A stretch of 64,000 bases of DNA. It comes from Escherichia coli (lineage in GTDB: Bacteria; Pseudomonadota; Gammaproteobacteria; Enterobacterales; Enterobacteriaceae). This document shows positions 1 to 13,831 of this stretch, piece after piece. The translations under genes were made by a program, and so were the position numbers. Under the pieces are notes generated by a model. It did no database searches. It saw only the letters and a program-made list of their open reading frames with translations, and had not been told where the DNA came from. Positions within the stretch are counted from its first letter, which is position 1. Each line of letters opens with the position of its first letter. The stretch lies in the NCBI RefSeq assembly GCF_044324875.1, contig NZ_CP172185.1; one strand, 5' to 3'.

Positions 1-698
1 TCGGCAATGGTATACAGGCAATGAGAAGCGCGCTGTTGCAGGGCATTGGGAGTAAAGCCGGTAATCGCCAGCACTTTTCCGCCCACTCGCAGCATCTCAT
101 CTGCCGCCAGGTTTAACTCGCGTCGTACACCGGTGTAAGAAATGGCTAATAACAGATCGTCAGGGGACGACGCCTGTACGGTAGCGAGTAGCGCATGCAT
201 ATCGCGCACTGCGGCAGCATTGAAGCCAATCTTCATCAGCTTCCAGGCAAAGTTTTGCGCCACCAGACCCGAAGCGCCAATACCGGTCAGAATTATCCGC
301 CGCGCAGAGCGCAACATTGTTACGCATTCATGCAGTTTCTCTTCACTATTAACGTTTAGCGTTGCGTACATAGCGGCAGTATTTTCTTTAATCAGTTTTT
401 CGCCGACCAGCCGTAACGGATCATCACCGCGGATTTGGTTATGAATGGGCACGGAGGGCGATTCCGGCTGGCTTGCCAGCGCTTCACTCAACGCCAACTT
501 AAGCGCCGGAAAACCTTTATAGCCGAGTTTTTGCGCGAACTTCACGACGCTGGACTGACTGACTCCGGCTTCGTTGGCCAGTTGCTGAGAGCTTAAATGG
601 CGCGCCGTATCAGGTTGTAGCAGCAGATAATCCGCCAGTTTTTTATCACTCTGGGCAAGCCCCTGGTAACGCTGACGGATACGAAGTAAGCCGTTCAT
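1..698 (-). CDS. yfhH: RpiR/MurR-family transcriptional regulator (HTH plus SIS domain); C-terminal end runs off the window start
   Basis: Minus-strand reading frame from the window edge to ATG at 698-696, preceded by a GAGGAAAG Shine-Dalgarno; N-terminus MNGLLRIRQRYQGLAQSDKKLADYLL is an RpiR-type HTH; synteny next to pgpC/tadA. Confidence 0.75.
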   Translation of the reverse strand, partial: MNGLLRIRQRYQGLAQSDKKLADYLLLQPDTARHLSSQQLANEAGVSQSSVVKFAQKLGYKGFPALKLALSEALASQPESPSVPIHNQIRGDDPLRLVGEKLIKENTAAMYATLNVNSEEKLHECVTMLRSARRIILTGIGASGLVAQNFAWKLMKIGFNAAAVRDMHALLATVQASSPDDLLLAISYTGVRRELNLAADEMLRVGGKVLAITGFTPNALQQRASHCLYTIA

Positions 699-906
699 AT
701 CTTTCCTCGCGATGAAATAGTGGCGACAACAGGCAATATGAGACAAACGCGAGTGAATTTTATATTCCATTGCCGCTAATTTCCATGAATTAAAAATTCC
801 AGTTAGCCATGATGCGGTCGATTGTTGCCGGAAAAGTGATGATCTATCTGTTAGGCTATGTAGTAGCGAAAATTAATCAGGATGTTTCAGTCCAGAGGAG
901 TATGGT

Positions 907-1542
907 TTGGCAACTCACGAGCGTCGTGTGGTGTTTTTTGACTTAGATGGAACATTGCATCAGCAGGATATGTTCGGCAGTTTTTTGCGTTATTTACTGC
1001 GTCGCCAACCGCTGAATGCGTTGCTTGTCCTGCCGTTGTTGCCGATCATAGCCATTGCGTTATTGATAAAAGGCCGTGCGGCACGCTGGCCGATGAGTCT
1101 GCTTCTGTGGGGATGCACTTTTGGTCACAATGAAGCGCGTTTGCAGGCGTTGCAGGCCGATTTCGTACGCTGGTTTCGTGACAATGTTACCGCCTTTCCG
1201 CTGGTTCAGGAGCGATTAACCACCTACCTGTTAAGTTCCGATGCTGATATCTGGTTGATTACCGGCTCTCCGCAGCCGCTGGTTGAAGCGGTTTATTTCG
1301 ATACTCCCTGGCTGCCGCGGGTTAATCTTATCGCCAGTCAGATTCAGCGTGGCTATGGTGGTTGGGTATTGACGATGCGTTGCCTCGGGCATGAGAAGGT
1401 CGCGCAACTGGAGCGTAAAATCGGCACGCCACTGCGGTTGTACAGTGGCTATAGCGACAGTAATCAGGACAACCCGCTGCTTTATTTCTGTCAGCATCGT
1501 TGGCGAGTAACCCCGCGCGGTGAACTCCAGCAACTGGAATAG
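907..1542 (+). CDS. pgpC: phosphatidylglycerophosphatase C (HAD superfamily)
   Basis: 211-aa ORF with HAD motif FFDLDGTL near the N-terminus; TTG start; synteny with tadA/mltF. Confidence 0.85.
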   Translation: MATHERRVVFFDLDGTLHQQDMFGSFLRYLLRRQPLNALLVLPLLPIIAIALLIKGRAARWPMSLLLWGCTFGHNEARLQALQADFVRWFRDNVTAFPLVQERLTTYLLSSDADIWLITGSPQPLVEAVYFDTPWLPRVNLIASQIQRGYGGWVLTMRCLGHEKVAQLERKIGTPLRLYSGYSDSNQDNPLLYFCQHRWRVTPRGELQQLE

Positions 1543-1554
1543 AGTAAAGCATAG

Positions 1555-3656
<2,102 letters not shown>

Positions 3657-3821
3657 TTAGTTAATTCTCTGTGTCGTGCGCGTCCCAGCTTGAAAAAACG
3701 TAATAATAGTGAAAGGTTTACTCATAAATGAGCGGCATTTTGCGTAAACCTGCGCCAGTTGGCAACTTATTACAGCCATTGGCGGCACGCGTTGCTAATT
3801 CGCGATGGTGATTTTATTTCC

Positions 3822-3837
3822 ACGCAAACGGTTTCGT
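3822..3837. promoter_or_regulatory. PurR operator (pur box) in the purL leader
   Basis: ACGCAAACGGTTTCGT matches the 16-bp pur box consensus ACGCAAACGTTTTCNT, about 80 bp upstream of the purL start codon. Confidence 0.7.
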
Positions 3838-3913
3838 CAGCGCATCAGATTCTTTATAATGACGCCCGTTTCCCCCCCTTGGGTACACCGAAAGCTTAGA
3901 AGACGAGAGACTT

Positions 3914-6900
3914 ATGATGGAAATTCTGCGTGGTTCGCCTGCATTGTCGGCATTCCGAATCAACAAACTGCTGGCACGTTTTCAGGCTGCCAGGCTCCCG
4001 GTTCACACTATTTACGCCGAGTATGTCCATTTTGCTGACCTCAATGCGCCGTTAAACGATGATGAGCACGCACAACTTGAACGCCTGCTGAAATATGGCC
4101 CGGCACTCGCCAGCCACGCCCCGCAAGGCAAACTCCTGCTGGTGACCCCGCGTCCTGGCACCATCTCTCCCTGGTCTTCGAAAGCGACCGATATTGCCCA
4201 TAACTGCGGGCTGCAACAGGTTAACCGCCTTGAGCGCGGCGTTGCTTACTATATAGAAGCCGGTACGCTGACCAATGAACAATGGCAGCAGGTTACCGCT
4301 GAACTGCACGACCGCATGATGGAAACGGTCTTTTTTGCTTTAGATGATGCAGAGCAGCTGTTTGCACACCATCAACCGACTCCGGTCACCAGCGTTGATT
4401 TGCTGGGGCAGGGCCGTCAGGCGCTAATCGACGCTAACCTGCGTCTTGGCCTGGCACTGGCGGAAGATGAAATTGACTATTTGCAGGATGCTTTCACAAA
4501 GCTTGGTCGTAACCCGAACGACATCGAACTGTATATGTTTGCCCAGGCGAACTCCGAGCACTGCCGCCACAAAATTTTTAACGCCGACTGGGTTATCGAT
4601 GGTGAACAGCAGCCGAAATCGCTGTTTAAGATGATCAAAAACACCTTCGAAACCACGCCGGATCACGTTCTCTCTGCTTATAAAGATAACGCCGCCGTAA
4701 TGGAAGGTTCTGAAGTGGGCCGCTACTTTGCTGACCACGAAACGGGCCGCTACGATTTCCATCAGGAACCGGCGCATATTCTGATGAAAGTCGAAACTCA
4801 CAACCACCCGACGGCGATTTCTCCGTGGCCGGGCGCGGCGACCGGTTCCGGCGGTGAAATCCGCGATGAAGGTGCCACCGGGCGCGGCGCGAAGCCGAAA
4901 GCTGGTTTGGTTGGTTTCTCCGTTTCCAACCTGCGAATTCCTGGCTTCGAACAACCGTGGGAAGAAGATTTCGGTAAGCCTGAGCGCATTGTCACCGCGC
5001 TGGACATCATGACCGAAGGCCCGCTGGGTGGCGCGGCATTTAACAACGAATTTGGTCGTCCGGCACTGAACGGCTACTTCCGTACTTATGAAGAAAAAGT
5101 GAATAGCCACAATGGCGAAGAGCTGCGCGGTTATCACAAACCGATCATGCTGGCGGGCGGGATCGGCAACATTCGCGCCGATCACGTACAAAAAGGCGAG
5201 ATCAACGTTGGTGCGAAGCTGGTCGTTCTCGGCGGCCCGGCAATGAACATCGGTCTTGGCGGCGGCGCGGCGTCTTCCATGGCGTCTGGTCAGTCTGATG
5301 CCGACCTCGACTTTGCTTCCGTACAGCGCGACAACCCGGAGATGGAGCGTCGCTGCCAGGAAGTGATCGACCGTTGCTGGCAGCTTGGTGATGCCAACCC
5401 AATCCTGTTTATCCACGACGTCGGCGCTGGCGGTCTTTCTAACGCCATGCCGGAACTGGTGAGCGACGGCGGGCGCGGCGGTAAATTCGAACTGCGCGAT
5501 ATCCTGAGCGACGAACCGGGCATGAGCCCGCTGGAAATCTGGTGTAACGAATCCCAGGAACGCTACGTGCTGGCGGTTGCTGCCGATCAGTTACCGCTGT
5601 TTGACGAACTGTGTAAGCGTGAGCGCGCGCCATACGCGGTGATTGGTGAAGCGACCGAAGAACTGCATCTTTCTTTGCACGATCGTCATTTTGATAATCA
5701 GCCGATCGATCTGCCGCTGGACGTCCTGCTTGGTAAAACGCCGAAGATGACCCGCGAAGTACAAACGCTGAAAGCGAAGGGTGATGCGCTGGTTCGTGAA
5801 GGGATCACCATCGCTGACGCGGTGAAACGCGTACTGCATCTGCCGACTGTGGCAGAGAAAACTTTCCTGGTGACCATCGGTGACCGCAGCGTAACTGGCA
5901 TGGTGGCGCGCGATCAGATGGTGGGTCCGTGGCAGGTGCCGGTCGCTAACTGCGCGGTCACTACCGCCAGCCTTGACAGCTACTATGGTGAAGCGATGGC
6001 GATTGGCGAGCGTGCGCCGGTTGCGCTGCTGGATTTCGCCGCCTCTGCCCGTCTGGCGGTCGGTGAAGCGTTAACCAATATTGCCGCAACACAGATTGGC
6101 GATATCAAACGCATTAAACTTTCCGCCAACTGGATGGCGGCGGCAGGCCACCCTGGTGAAGATGCGGGCCTGTATGAAGCCGTTAAAGCCGTGGGCGAAG
6201 AGCTTTGTCCGGCGCTGGGCCTGACGATCCCGGTGGGTAAAGACTCTATGTCGATGAAAACCCGCTGGCAGGAAGGTAACGAAGAGCGCGAAATGACGTC
6301 GCCGTTGTCGCTGGTGATTTCCGCATTTGCCCGCGTGGAAGATGTACGTCACACCATTACGCCGCAGCTTTCTACCGAAGATAACGCACTGCTGCTGATT
6401 GATTTGGGCAAAGGCAATAACGCGCTGGGCGCAACGGCGCTGGCGCAGGTTTATCGTCAGCTTGGCGACAAACCGGCAGATGTACGCGATGTCGCGCAAC
6501 TGAAAGGCTTCTATGACGCGGTTCAGGCGCTGGTAGCACAGCGTAAGCTGCTCGCGTACCACGACCGCTCTGATGGCGGCCTGCTGGTAACGCTGGCGGA
6601 AATGGCCTTTGCTGGTCATTGCGGCATTGACGCGGATATCGCCACTCTGGGTGACGATCGCCTGGCGGCGTTGTTTAACGAAGAACTGGGGGCGGTGATT
6701 CAGGTTCGTGCCGCTGACCGTGAAGCAGTTGAAGCGGTACTGGCACAGCATGGGCTTGCTGATTGCGTCCATTATGTTGGGCAGGCGGTTTCCGGTGACC
6801 GTTTTGTGATTACCGCCAACGGGCAGACTGTATTCAGCGAAAGCCGCACCACGTTGCGTGTCTGGTGGGCAGAAACTACCTGGCAGATGCAGCGCCTGCG

Positions 6901-7801
6901 TGACAACCCGGAGTGTGCCGACCAGGAGCACCAGGCGAAATCAAACGACGCCGATCCGGGCCTGAATGTAAAACTGTCGTTCGATATCAACGAAGATGTG
7001 GCAGCACCGTATATTGCCACTGGCGCACGTCCGAAAGTTGCTGTGCTGCGTGAGCAGGGCGTGAACTCGCATGTTGAAATGGCGGCAGCTTTCCACCGTG
7101 CAGGCTTCGATGCTATCGACGTGCATATGAGCGACCTGCTGGCTGGACGCACGGGCCTGGAGGATTTCCACGCCCTGGTCGCGTGCGGTGGTTTCTCCTA
7201 CGGTGATGTGCTGGGTGCCGGTGAAGGTTGGGCGAAGTCTATCCTGTTCAATGACCGTGTACGCGATGAGTTTGCAACCTTCTTCCACCGTCCGCAAACG
7301 CTGGCGCTGGGGGTATGTAACGGTTGCCAGATGATGTCTAATCTGCGCGAACTGATCCCTGGTAGTGAGTTGTGGCCACGTTTTGTGCGCAATACCTCCG
7401 ATCGCTTTGAAGCGCGTTTCAGCCTGGTTGAAGTAACCCAAAGTCCGTCTCTGCTGTTGCAGGGGATGGTGGGCTCGCAAATGCCGATTGCTGTCTCTCA
7501 TGGTGAAGGGCGCGTGGAAGTGCGTGATGCGGCGCATCTGGCGGCACTGGAAAGCAAAGGGCTGGTGGCACTGCGCTATGTCGATAACTTCGGCAAAGTC
7601 ACTGAAACCTACCCAGCTAACCCGAACGGTTCTCCGAATGGTATTACGGCGGTCACGACTGAAAGTGGTCGAGTCACCATTATGATGCCGCACCCGGAAC
7701 GTGTTTTCCGTACTGTCAGCAACTCCTGGCATCCGGAAAACTGGGGCGAGGATGGGCCGTGGATGCGTATTTTCCGCAATGCACGTAAGCAGTTGGGGTA
7801 A
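3914..7801 (+). CDS. purL: phosphoribosylformylglycinamidine synthase (FGAM synthase)
   Basis: 1295-aa ORF; single-chain large PurL with AIRS-like domains and a C-terminal glutamine amidotransferase (GVCNGCQ catalytic Cys motif). Confidence 0.97.
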   Translation: MMEILRGSPALSAFRINKLLARFQAARLPVHTIYAEYVHFADLNAPLNDDEHAQLERLLKYGPALASHAPQGKLLLVTPRPGTISPWSSKATDIAHNCGLQQVNRLERGVAYYIEAGTLTNEQWQQVTAELHDRMMETVFFALDDAEQLFAHHQPTPVTSVDLLGQGRQALIDANLRLGLALAEDEIDYLQDAFTKLGRNPNDIELYMFAQANSEHCRHKIFNADWVIDGEQQPKSLFKMIKNTFETTPDHVLSAYKDNAAVMEGSEVGRYFADHETGRYDFHQEPAHILMKVETHNHPTAISPWPGAATGSGGEIRDEGATGRGAKPKAGLVGFSVSNLRIPGFEQPWEEDFGKPERIVTALDIMTEGPLGGAAFNNEFGRPALNGYFRTYEEKVNSHNGEELRGYHKPIMLAGGIGNIRADHVQKGEINVGAKLVVLGGPAMNIGLGGGAASSMASGQSDADLDFASVQRDNPEMERRCQEVIDRCWQLGDANPILFIHDVGAGGLSNAMPELVSDGGRGGKFELRDILSDEPGMSPLEIWCNESQERYVLAVAADQLPLFDELCKRERAPYAVIGEATEELHLSLHDRHFDNQPIDLPLDVLLGKTPKMTREVQTLKAKGDALVREGITIADAVKRVLHLPTVAEKTFLVTIGDRSVTGMVARDQMVGPWQVPVANCAVTTASLDSYYGEAMAIGERAPVALLDFAASARLAVGEALTNIAATQIGDIKRIKLSANWMAAAGHPGEDAGLYEAVKAVGEELCPALGLTIPVGKDSMSMKTRWQEGNEEREMTSPLSLVISAFARVEDVRHTITPQLSTEDNALLLIDLGKGNNALGATALAQVYRQLGDKPADVRDVAQLKGFYDAVQALVAQRKLLAYHDRSDGGLLVTLAEMAFAGHCGIDADIATLGDDRLAALFNEELGAVIQVRAADREAVEAVLAQHGLADCVHYVGQAVSGDRFVITANGQTVFSESRTTLRVWWAETTWQMQRLRDNPECADQEHQAKSNDADPGLNVKLSFDINEDVAAPYIATGARPKVAVLREQGVNSHVEMAAAFHRAGFDAIDVHMSDLLAGRTGLEDFHALVACGGFSYGDVLGAGEGWAKSILFNDRVRDEFATFFHRPQTLALGVCNGCQMMSNLRELIPGSELWPRFVRNTSDRFEARFSLVEVTQSPSLLLQGMVGSQMPIAVSHGEGRVEVRDAAHLAALESKGLVALRYVDNFGKVTETYPANPNGSPNGITAVTTESGRVTIMMPHPERVFRTVSNSWHPENWGEDGPWMRIFRNARKQLG

Positions 7802-7858
7802 GCCGTCAACCCATTGGTTTTGCAGCCGGATGAGGCATTAAGCACCAACTACTATTAT

Positions 7859-7885
7859 AAGCTCCCAACTTCGGGAGCTTTTTTG
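7859..7885 (+). terminator. rho-independent terminator of purL
   Basis: GC-rich hairpin AGCTCCCAACTTCGGGAGCT followed by TTTTTTG, about 60 bp after the purL stop. Confidence 0.8.
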
Positions 7886-7999
7886 TGTCTGTAAATCACG
7901 ACAATGGGTGGTTTGCCGTGTCGCTTTCTGGCGACATTTAACTCATTGATTTTAATATTATCTAATAAGTTTATCTTAAGTTGTCTCTTTTTAGCGACA
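7886..7999. promoter_or_regulatory. three GlrR activator binding sites (TGTC-N10-GACA) upstream of glmY
   Basis: TGTCtgtaaatcacGACA at 7886-7903, TGTCgctttctggcGACA at 7919-7936, TGTCtctttttagcGACA at 7982-7999; all have exact 10-bp spacing and lie 90-230 bp upstream of the sigma54 promoter. Confidence 0.8.
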
Positions 8000-8088
8000 C
8001 AGTGGCTGATTTACAGCCAAATAGCGAAGAAGCCATAAATCCCTCAAAGCGGCGTATAATCAGTACGTTACCAAACTATTTTCTTTAT

Positions 8089-8104
8089 TGGCACAGTTAC
8101 TGCA
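8089..8104 (+). promoter_or_regulatory. sigma54 (-24/-12) promoter of glmY, overlapping a possible sigma70 -10 (CATAAT)
   Basis: TGGCAC-agtta-CTGCA matches TGGCAC-N5-TTGCW; predicted start about 12 nt downstream at 8116. Confidence 0.8.
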
Positions 8105-8115
8105 TAATAGTAACC

Positions 8116-8300
8116 AGTGGCTCATTCACCGACTTATGTCAGCCCCTTCGGGACGTGCTACATAAAATTCGAATGACGCACAACAAGGTGCCTGCCGTCC
8201 AACTTCTGATATCAGCGTAGCTATATCAACCATCGGGCGAAACGTCGAGTTAGGCACCGCCTTATTCCATAACAAAGCCGGGTAATTCCCGGCTTTGTTG
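8116..8300 (+). ncRNA. glmY: GlmY small regulatory RNA
   Basis: About 185 nt from the sigma54 start (AGTGGCTCATTCACCGAC...) to an intrinsic terminator with a perfect 12-bp stem AACAAAGCCGGG/CCCGGCTTTGTT (8271-8299); sits immediately upstream of glrK as expected. Confidence 0.85.
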
Positions 8301-8357
8301 TATCTGAACTTCCCCTCGGTTAGCATCAGGCTATTCGCGTCTGACGAGAGTAACACC

Positions 8358-9785
8358 TTGAAACGCTGGCCCGTTTTTCCCCGCTCATTACGACAACTGG
8401 TAATGCTGGCATTTTTGCTGATTCTGCTGCCCCTGTTGGTGCTGGCATGGCAAGCCTGGCAAAGCCTGAATGCACTTAGCGATCAGGCGGCGCTGGTTAA
8501 CCGCACTACGCTTATTGATGCCCGGCGTAGTGAAGCGATGACCAACGCGGCACTGGAGATGGAGCGCAGCTACCGTCAGTATTGCGTGCTGGACGACCCT
8601 ACGCTTGCGAAGGTTTATCAAAGCCAGCGCAAGCGTTATAGCGAAATGCTCGATGCCCACGCAGGCGTACTGCCAGACGATAAACTTTACCAGGCATTGC
8701 GTCAGGACTTGAACAATCTGGCCCAACTTCAGTGTAACAACAGTGGTCCCGATGCCGCCGCCGCCGCGCGTCTTGAAGCCTTTGCCAGTGCCAATACCGA
8801 AATGGTGCAGGCCACGCGCACAGTGGTGTTCTCTCGTGGGCAGCAACTTCAGCGTGAAATCGCCGAACGTGGGCAATATTTTGGTTGGCAATCGCTGGTG
8901 TTATTTCTGGTGAGTCTGGTGATGGTGCTACTTTTCACGAGGATGATTATCGGTCCGGTGAAAAATATCGAGCGCATGATCAACCGGCTGGGGGAAGGGC
9001 GTTCTCTGGGCAATAGTGTCTCGTTCAGTGGACCGAGCGAGTTACGCTCGGTTGGGCAACGTATTCTTTGGTTAAGTGAGCGCCTGTCATGGCTGGAATC
9101 CCAACGTCATCAATTCTTAAGACATTTATCTCATGAATTAAAAACGCCGCTGGCGAGTATGCGCGAGGGCACTGAATTACTGGCTGACCAGGTTGTCGGG
9201 CCGCTTACGCCAGAGCAAAAAGAGGTGGTGAGCATCCTCGATAGCAGCAGCCGCAATTTGCAAAAACTGATCGAACAACTGCTTGATTACAACCGTAAAC
9301 AGGCGGACAGTGCGGTGGAACTGGAGAATGTTGAATTAGCACCGCTGGTGGAGACAGTAGTTTCTGCTCATAGCCTGCCCGCACGGGCTAAAATGATGCA
9401 TACCGACGTCGATCTCCAAGCAACAGCTTGCCTGGCGGAGCCAATGCTGCTGATGAGCGTACTGGATAATCTTTACTCCAATGCTGTGCACTACGGGACT
9501 GAATCCGGTAACATTTGCCTTCGCAGCAGTTTACATGGCGCGCGGGTTTATATTGATGTCATCAATACAGGCACACCCATTCCGCAAGAGGAACGCGCCA
9601 TGATCTTTGAACCCTTTTTTCAGGGAAGCCACCAGCGAAAAGGGGCGGTGAAGGGCAGCGGTCTGGGATTAAGCATTGCCAGGGATTGTATTCGCCGTAT
9701 GCAGGGGGAACTGTATCTGGTCGACGAGAGCGGGCAAGACGTTTGCTTCCGCATTGAATTGCCGTCGTCGAAAAACACGAAATAA
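8358..9785 (+). CDS. glrK: sensor histidine kinase of the GlrK/GlrR (QseE/QseF) two-component system
   Basis: HisKA H-box LSHELKTPL, HATPase motifs, two TM segments; probable TTG start at 8358 (475 aa), the six-frame ORF extends to 8295. Confidence 0.9.
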   Translation: MKRWPVFPRSLRQLVMLAFLLILLPLLVLAWQAWQSLNALSDQAALVNRTTLIDARRSEAMTNAALEMERSYRQYCVLDDPTLAKVYQSQRKRYSEMLDAHAGVLPDDKLYQALRQDLNNLAQLQCNNSGPDAAAAARLEAFASANTEMVQATRTVVFSRGQQLQREIAERGQYFGWQSLVLFLVSLVMVLLFTRMIIGPVKNIERMINRLGEGRSLGNSVSFSGPSELRSVGQRILWLSERLSWLESQRHQFLRHLSHELKTPLASMREGTELLADQVVGPLTPEQKEVVSILDSSSRNLQKLIEQLLDYNRKQADSAVELENVELAPLVETVVSAHSLPARAKMMHTDVDLQATACLAEPMLLMSVLDNLYSNAVHYGTESGNICLRSSLHGARVYIDVINTGTPIPQEERAMIFEPFFQGSHQRKGAVKGSGLGLSIARDCIRRMQGELYLVDESGQDVCFRIELPSSKNTK

Positions 9786-9949
9786 TGTTAAGAGCCTATC
9801 CCATCAGGCTATTTTATTTGCCAGTTCGGCCCCGGGCGGAGCTCGAAATCCTCACGTACGACATGTACGCTCCGGTTTCTCCGCGCTGTCTGTGCCCAAA
9901 CTGCCTGCAACAATTACGCCCACTGGGATAGGCATTAAGTCTGGTGAAT

Positions 9950-10663
9950 ATGCGACACATTTTTCAACGATTATTGCCCCGACGGCTGTGGCTGGCAGGG
10001 CTGCCATGTCTGGCATTGCTGGGTTGCGTGCAGAGTCACAATAAACCAGCCATTGATACGCCAGCAGAAGAAAAAATTCCGGTTTATCAACTGGCTGACT
10101 ATCTTTCTACTGAATGTAGCGACATCTGGGCGCTGCAAGGTAAATCAACCGAAACCAATCCGCTTTACTGGCTGCGGGCGATGGATTGTGCTGATCGTTT
10201 AATGCCTGCGCAGTCGCGTCAGCAAGCTCGCCAATATGACGACGGCAGCTGGCAAAAGACCTTTAAACAAGGGATTTTGCTCGCCGACGCCAAAATTACG
10301 CCGTATGAGCGCCGCCAGCTGGTCGCGCGCATTGATGCGCTAAGTACCGAGATCCCGGCACAGGTTCGCCCTCTGTATCAACTCTGGCGCGACGGTCAGG
10401 CGCTGCAACTGCAACTGGCGGAAGAGCGCCAACGCTACGGCAAACTCCAGCAATCCAGCGACAGCGAGCTGGATACATTGCGCCAGCAACATCACGTTCT
10501 ACAGCAGCAACTGGAACTCACCACCCGCAAGCTGGAAAACCTGACTGATATTGAACGCCAGCTCTCGACCCGCAAACCGGCTGGAAATTTCTCGCCGGAT
10601 ACGCCGCACGAGAGTGAAAAGCCCGCGCCATCCACCCATGAGGTCACTCCTGATGAGCCATAA
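9950..10663 (+). CDS. qseG: outer-membrane lipoprotein QseG (YfhG)
   Basis: Lipoprotein signal peptide with lipobox LLGC; Gln-rich coiled-coil C-terminus; lies between glrK and glrR and overlaps the glrR start by 11 nt. Confidence 0.8.
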   Translation: MRHIFQRLLPRRLWLAGLPCLALLGCVQSHNKPAIDTPAEEKIPVYQLADYLSTECSDIWALQGKSTETNPLYWLRAMDCADRLMPAQSRQQARQYDDGSWQKTFKQGILLADAKITPYERRQLVARIDALSTEIPAQVRPLYQLWRDGQALQLQLAEERQRYGKLQQSSDSELDTLRQQHHVLQQQLELTTRKLENLTDIERQLSTRKPAGNFSPDTPHESEKPAPSTHEVTPDEP

Positions 10664-11987
10664 ACCTGCGCATTTATTATTGGTCGATGACGATCCGGGA
10701 TTGCTGAAACTGCTTGGCCTGCGCCTGACCAGCGAAGGCTACAGCGTGGTCACGGCGGAAAGTGGTGCTGAAGGATTACGGGTACTGAATCGCGAAAAAG
10801 TAGATTTAGTTATCAGCGACCTGCGGATGGATGAAATGGATGGTATGCAGCTGTTTGCTGAAATCCAGAAAGTGCAGCCGGGAATGCCGGTAATTATTCT
10901 TACCGCACATGGTTCTATTCCCGATGCCGTTGCTGCAACACAGCAGGGCGTGTTCAGTTTCCTCACCAAGCCTGTCGATAAAGACGCGCTATATCAGGCA
11001 ATTGATGATGCGTTGGAACAATCCGCGCCAGCCACCGACGAACGCTGGCGCGAGGCGATTGTCACCCGCAGCCCGCTGATGCTGCGTTTGCTGGAACAGG
11101 CGCGGCTGGTGGCGCAATCAGACGTCAGCGTTTTGATTAATGGCCAGAGCGGCACCGGGAAAGAGATTTTCGCCCAGGCTATCCACAACGCCAGCCCGCG
11201 CAATAGCAAACCATTTATTGCTATTAACTGTGGTGCATTGCCCGAGCAATTGCTGGAGTCGGAGCTGTTTGGTCATGCGCGTGGCGCGTTTACTGGCGCT
11301 GTCAGCAATCGCGAAGGTTTATTCCAGGCGGCGGAAGGCGGTACGCTATTTCTCGATGAGATTGGCGATATGCCCGCACCGTTGCAGGTCAAACTGCTGC
11401 GCGTGTTGCAGGAGCGTAAAGTGCGCCCGCTGGGCAGTAACCGCGATATTGATATCGACGTGCGGATTATTTCCGCCACTCACCGCGACCTGCCAAAAGC
11501 GATGGCGCGCGGGGAATTCCGCGAAGATCTCTATTACCGCCTCAATGTTGTCAGCCTGAAAATTCCGGCTCTGGCAGAGCGCACAGAAGACATTCCGCTA
11601 CTGGCAAATCACCTGTTGCGCCAGGCGGCAGAGCGACATAAACCGTTTGTCCGCGCGTTCTCCACCGATGCAATGAAACGCCTGATGACCGCTAGCTGGC
11701 CGGGTAATGTACGCCAGTTGGTCAACGTGATTGAACAGTGCGTGGCGCTGACCTCATCTCCGGTGATTAGTGATGCATTAGTAGAGCAGGCGCTGGAGGG
11801 TGAAAATACGGCGCTGCCAACCTTTGTTGAGGCACGTAATCAGTTTGAACTCAACTATTTGCGTAAGCTGCTGCAAATTACCAAAGGCAACGTCACCCAC
11901 GCGGCGAGAATGGCGGGGCGCAACCGGACAGAATTTTATAAACTGCTTTCCCGACACGAGCTGGATGCAAACGATTTCAAGGAATGA
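10653..11987 (+). CDS. glrR: sigma54-dependent response regulator GlrR (QseF)
   Basis: Receiver domain (LLVDDD...D), AAA+ sigma54-interaction domain (GESGTGKE-like, GAFTGA motif) and C-terminal HTH; internal ATG at 10653 gives 444 aa. Confidence 0.92.
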   Translation: MSHKPAHLLLVDDDPGLLKLLGLRLTSEGYSVVTAESGAEGLRVLNREKVDLVISDLRMDEMDGMQLFAEIQKVQPGMPVIILTAHGSIPDAVAATQQGVFSFLTKPVDKDALYQAIDDALEQSAPATDERWREAIVTRSPLMLRLLEQARLVAQSDVSVLINGQSGTGKEIFAQAIHNASPRNSKPFIAINCGALPEQLLESELFGHARGAFTGAVSNREGLFQAAEGGTLFLDEIGDMPAPLQVKLLRVLQERKVRPLGSNRDIDIDVRIISATHRDLPKAMARGEFREDLYYRLNVVSLKIPALAERTEDIPLLANHLLRQAAERHKPFVRAFSTDAMKRLMTASWPGNVRQLVNVIEQCVALTSSPVISDALVEQALEGENTALPTFVEARNQFELNYLRKLLQITKGNVTHAARMAGRNRTEFYKLLSRHELDANDFKE

Positions 11988-12011
11988 ATTGGCGTTATGT
12001 GTTACGTTTAG

Positions 12012-12386
<375 letters not shown>

Positions 12387-12398
12387 ACCGCGTCAAGG

Positions 12399-12422
12399 GT
12401 TGCCGGATGTTTCCATCCGGCA
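12399..12422. terminator. bidirectional terminator between convergent glnB and hmp
   Basis: Palindrome TTGCCGGATG-tt-TCCATCCGGCAA between the two stop codons. Confidence 0.6.
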
Positions 12423-12430
12423 ACATCAAA

Positions 12431-13621
12431 TCACAGCACCTTATGCGGACCAAAGCATTCGTAATGAATGTTTTCCTGCTTCACGCCCAGATCCACTAAC
12501 TGTTTCGCGGCAAACTGCATGAAGCCAACCGGGCCGCAGAGATAGAACTGCATTGTCGGATCGCTGAACGCACCTTCCAGTTTGCTCAAATCCATCAGAC
12601 CTTCGCTATCAAACTGACCTTTAGCGCGATCGGCTTCGCTCGGCTGACGATACCAGGTGTGCGCGGTAAAGCGCGGCAGTGCTTGCCCCAGTTCCTTAAC
12701 TTCATCGGCAAAGGCGTGAACATCGCCATTTTCTGCCGCATGGAACCAGTTCACTTGTGCTGTGTGGCCAGCTTTTGCCAGCGTGTCGAGCATTGCCAGC
12801 ATTGGCGTTTGACCGACACCGGCAGAGATTAACGTCACTGGTGTGTCATCTGCGACAGCCATAAAGAAATCACCTGCTGGAGCGACTAGTTTCACGACAT
12901 CGCCAACATTGGCGTGATTGTGCAGCCAGTTGGATACCTGCCCACCCTCTTCGCGTTTCACCGCAATACGATAGCCTTTGCCATCCGGTTTGCGAGTCAA
13001 AGAGTACTGACGAATTTCCTGATGCGGGAAACCTTCCGGCTTCAGCCAGACGCCGAGATATTGCCCCGGACGGTATTCTGCCACTGCGCCACCGTCGACC
13101 GGCTCCAGTTCGAAGCTGGTGATAAGCGCGCTGCGCGGTGTTTTAGCCACAATGTGGAAATCGCGAGTACCTTCCCAGCCACCGGCTTTGCTGGCGTTTT
13201 CGTTATAGATTTCCGCCTCGCGATTGATAAATACATTAGCCAGTACGCCATAGGCTTTACCCCACGCGTCCAGCACTTCCTGGCCCGGGCTGAACATTTC
13301 GTCCAGCGTCGCCAACAGGTGTTCACCGACAATGTTGTACTGTTCCGGTTTGATCTGGAAGCTGGTGTGCTTCTGCGCGATTTTTTCTACCGCTGGCAGC
13401 AGCGCAGGCAGGTTTTCAATATTACTGGCGTAGGCGGCAATAGCGTTAAACAGGGCTTCACGTTGATCGCCATTACGCTGGTTACTCATGTTAAAAATTT
13501 CTTTGAGTTCTGGGTTATGAGTAAACATACGGTCGTAGAAATGGGCGGTTAACTTTGGCCCCGTTTCCACCAGTAAAGGGATGGTGGCTTTTACTGTAGC
13601 GATGGTTTGAGCGTCAAGCAT
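12431..13621 (-). CDS. hmp: flavohaemoprotein (nitric oxide dioxygenase)
   Basis: Globin N-terminus [20 protein letters not shown] and NAD-binding reductase domains; start taken at the internal Met (396 aa). Confidence 0.95.
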   Translation of the reverse strand: MLDAQTIATVKATIPLLVETGPKLTAHFYDRMFTHNPELKEIFNMSNQRNGDQREALFNAIAAYASNIENLPALLPAVEKIAQKHTSFQIKPEQYNIVGEHLLATLDEMFSPGQEVLDAWGKAYGVLANVFINREAEIYNENASKAGGWEGTRDFHIVAKTPRSALITSFELEPVDGGAVAEYRPGQYLGVWLKPEGFPHQEIRQYSLTRKPDGKGYRIAVKREEGGQVSNWLHNHANVGDVVKLVAPAGDFFMAVADDTPVTLISAGVGQTPMLAMLDTLAKAGHTAQVNWFHAAENGDVHAFADEVKELGQALPRFTAHTWYRQPSEADRAKGQFDSEGLMDLSKLEGAFSDPTMQFYLCGPVGFMQFAAKQLVDLGVKQENIHYECFGPHKVL

Positions 13622-13645
13622 ATGGTCTTCCTTTTTTTGCATCTT

Positions 13646-13670
13646 AATTGATGTATCTCAAATGCATCTT
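13646..13670. promoter_or_regulatory. NsrR operator in the hmp promoter
   Basis: Minus-strand reading AAGATGCATTTGAGATACATCAATT matches the NsrR inverted-repeat consensus (AAGATGCATTT...AAATACATCTT), about 25-50 bp upstream of the hmp start. Confidence 0.65.
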
Positions 13671-13815
13671 ATAAAAAATAGCCCTGCAATGTAAATGGTT
13701 CTTTGGTGTTTTTCAGAAAGAATGTGATGAAGTGAAAAATTTGCATCACAAACCTGAAAAGAAATCCGTTTCCGGTTGCAAGCTCTTTATTCTCCAAAGC
13801 CTTGCGCAGCCTGAA

Positions 13816-13831
13816 GGTAATCGTTTGCGTA
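13816..13831. promoter_or_regulatory. candidate PurR half-site in the glyA control region
   Basis: GGTAATCGTTTGCGTA contains CGTTTGCGT, the reverse complement of the pur box half ACGCAAACG; glyA is a known PurR/MetR target. Confidence 0.4.

Noticed and set aside
4424-7732. Long minus-strand ORFs inside purL (4424-5416, 6071-6931, 6941-7732)
   Set aside because: Entirely antisense to a well-supported 1295-aa purL frame; Arg/Ala-rich shadow ORFs typical of GC-rich codon position 3; no ribosome-binding sites.
8295-8357. N-terminal extensions of six-frame ORFs (glrK from 8295; also glrR 10551, pepB 44049, sseA to 48664, hscA 41585, yphG 16484, hcaR 31767)
   Set aside because: The extensions lack ribosome-binding sites and overlap upstream genes or regulatory RNA; internal starts give the lengths expected for these families.
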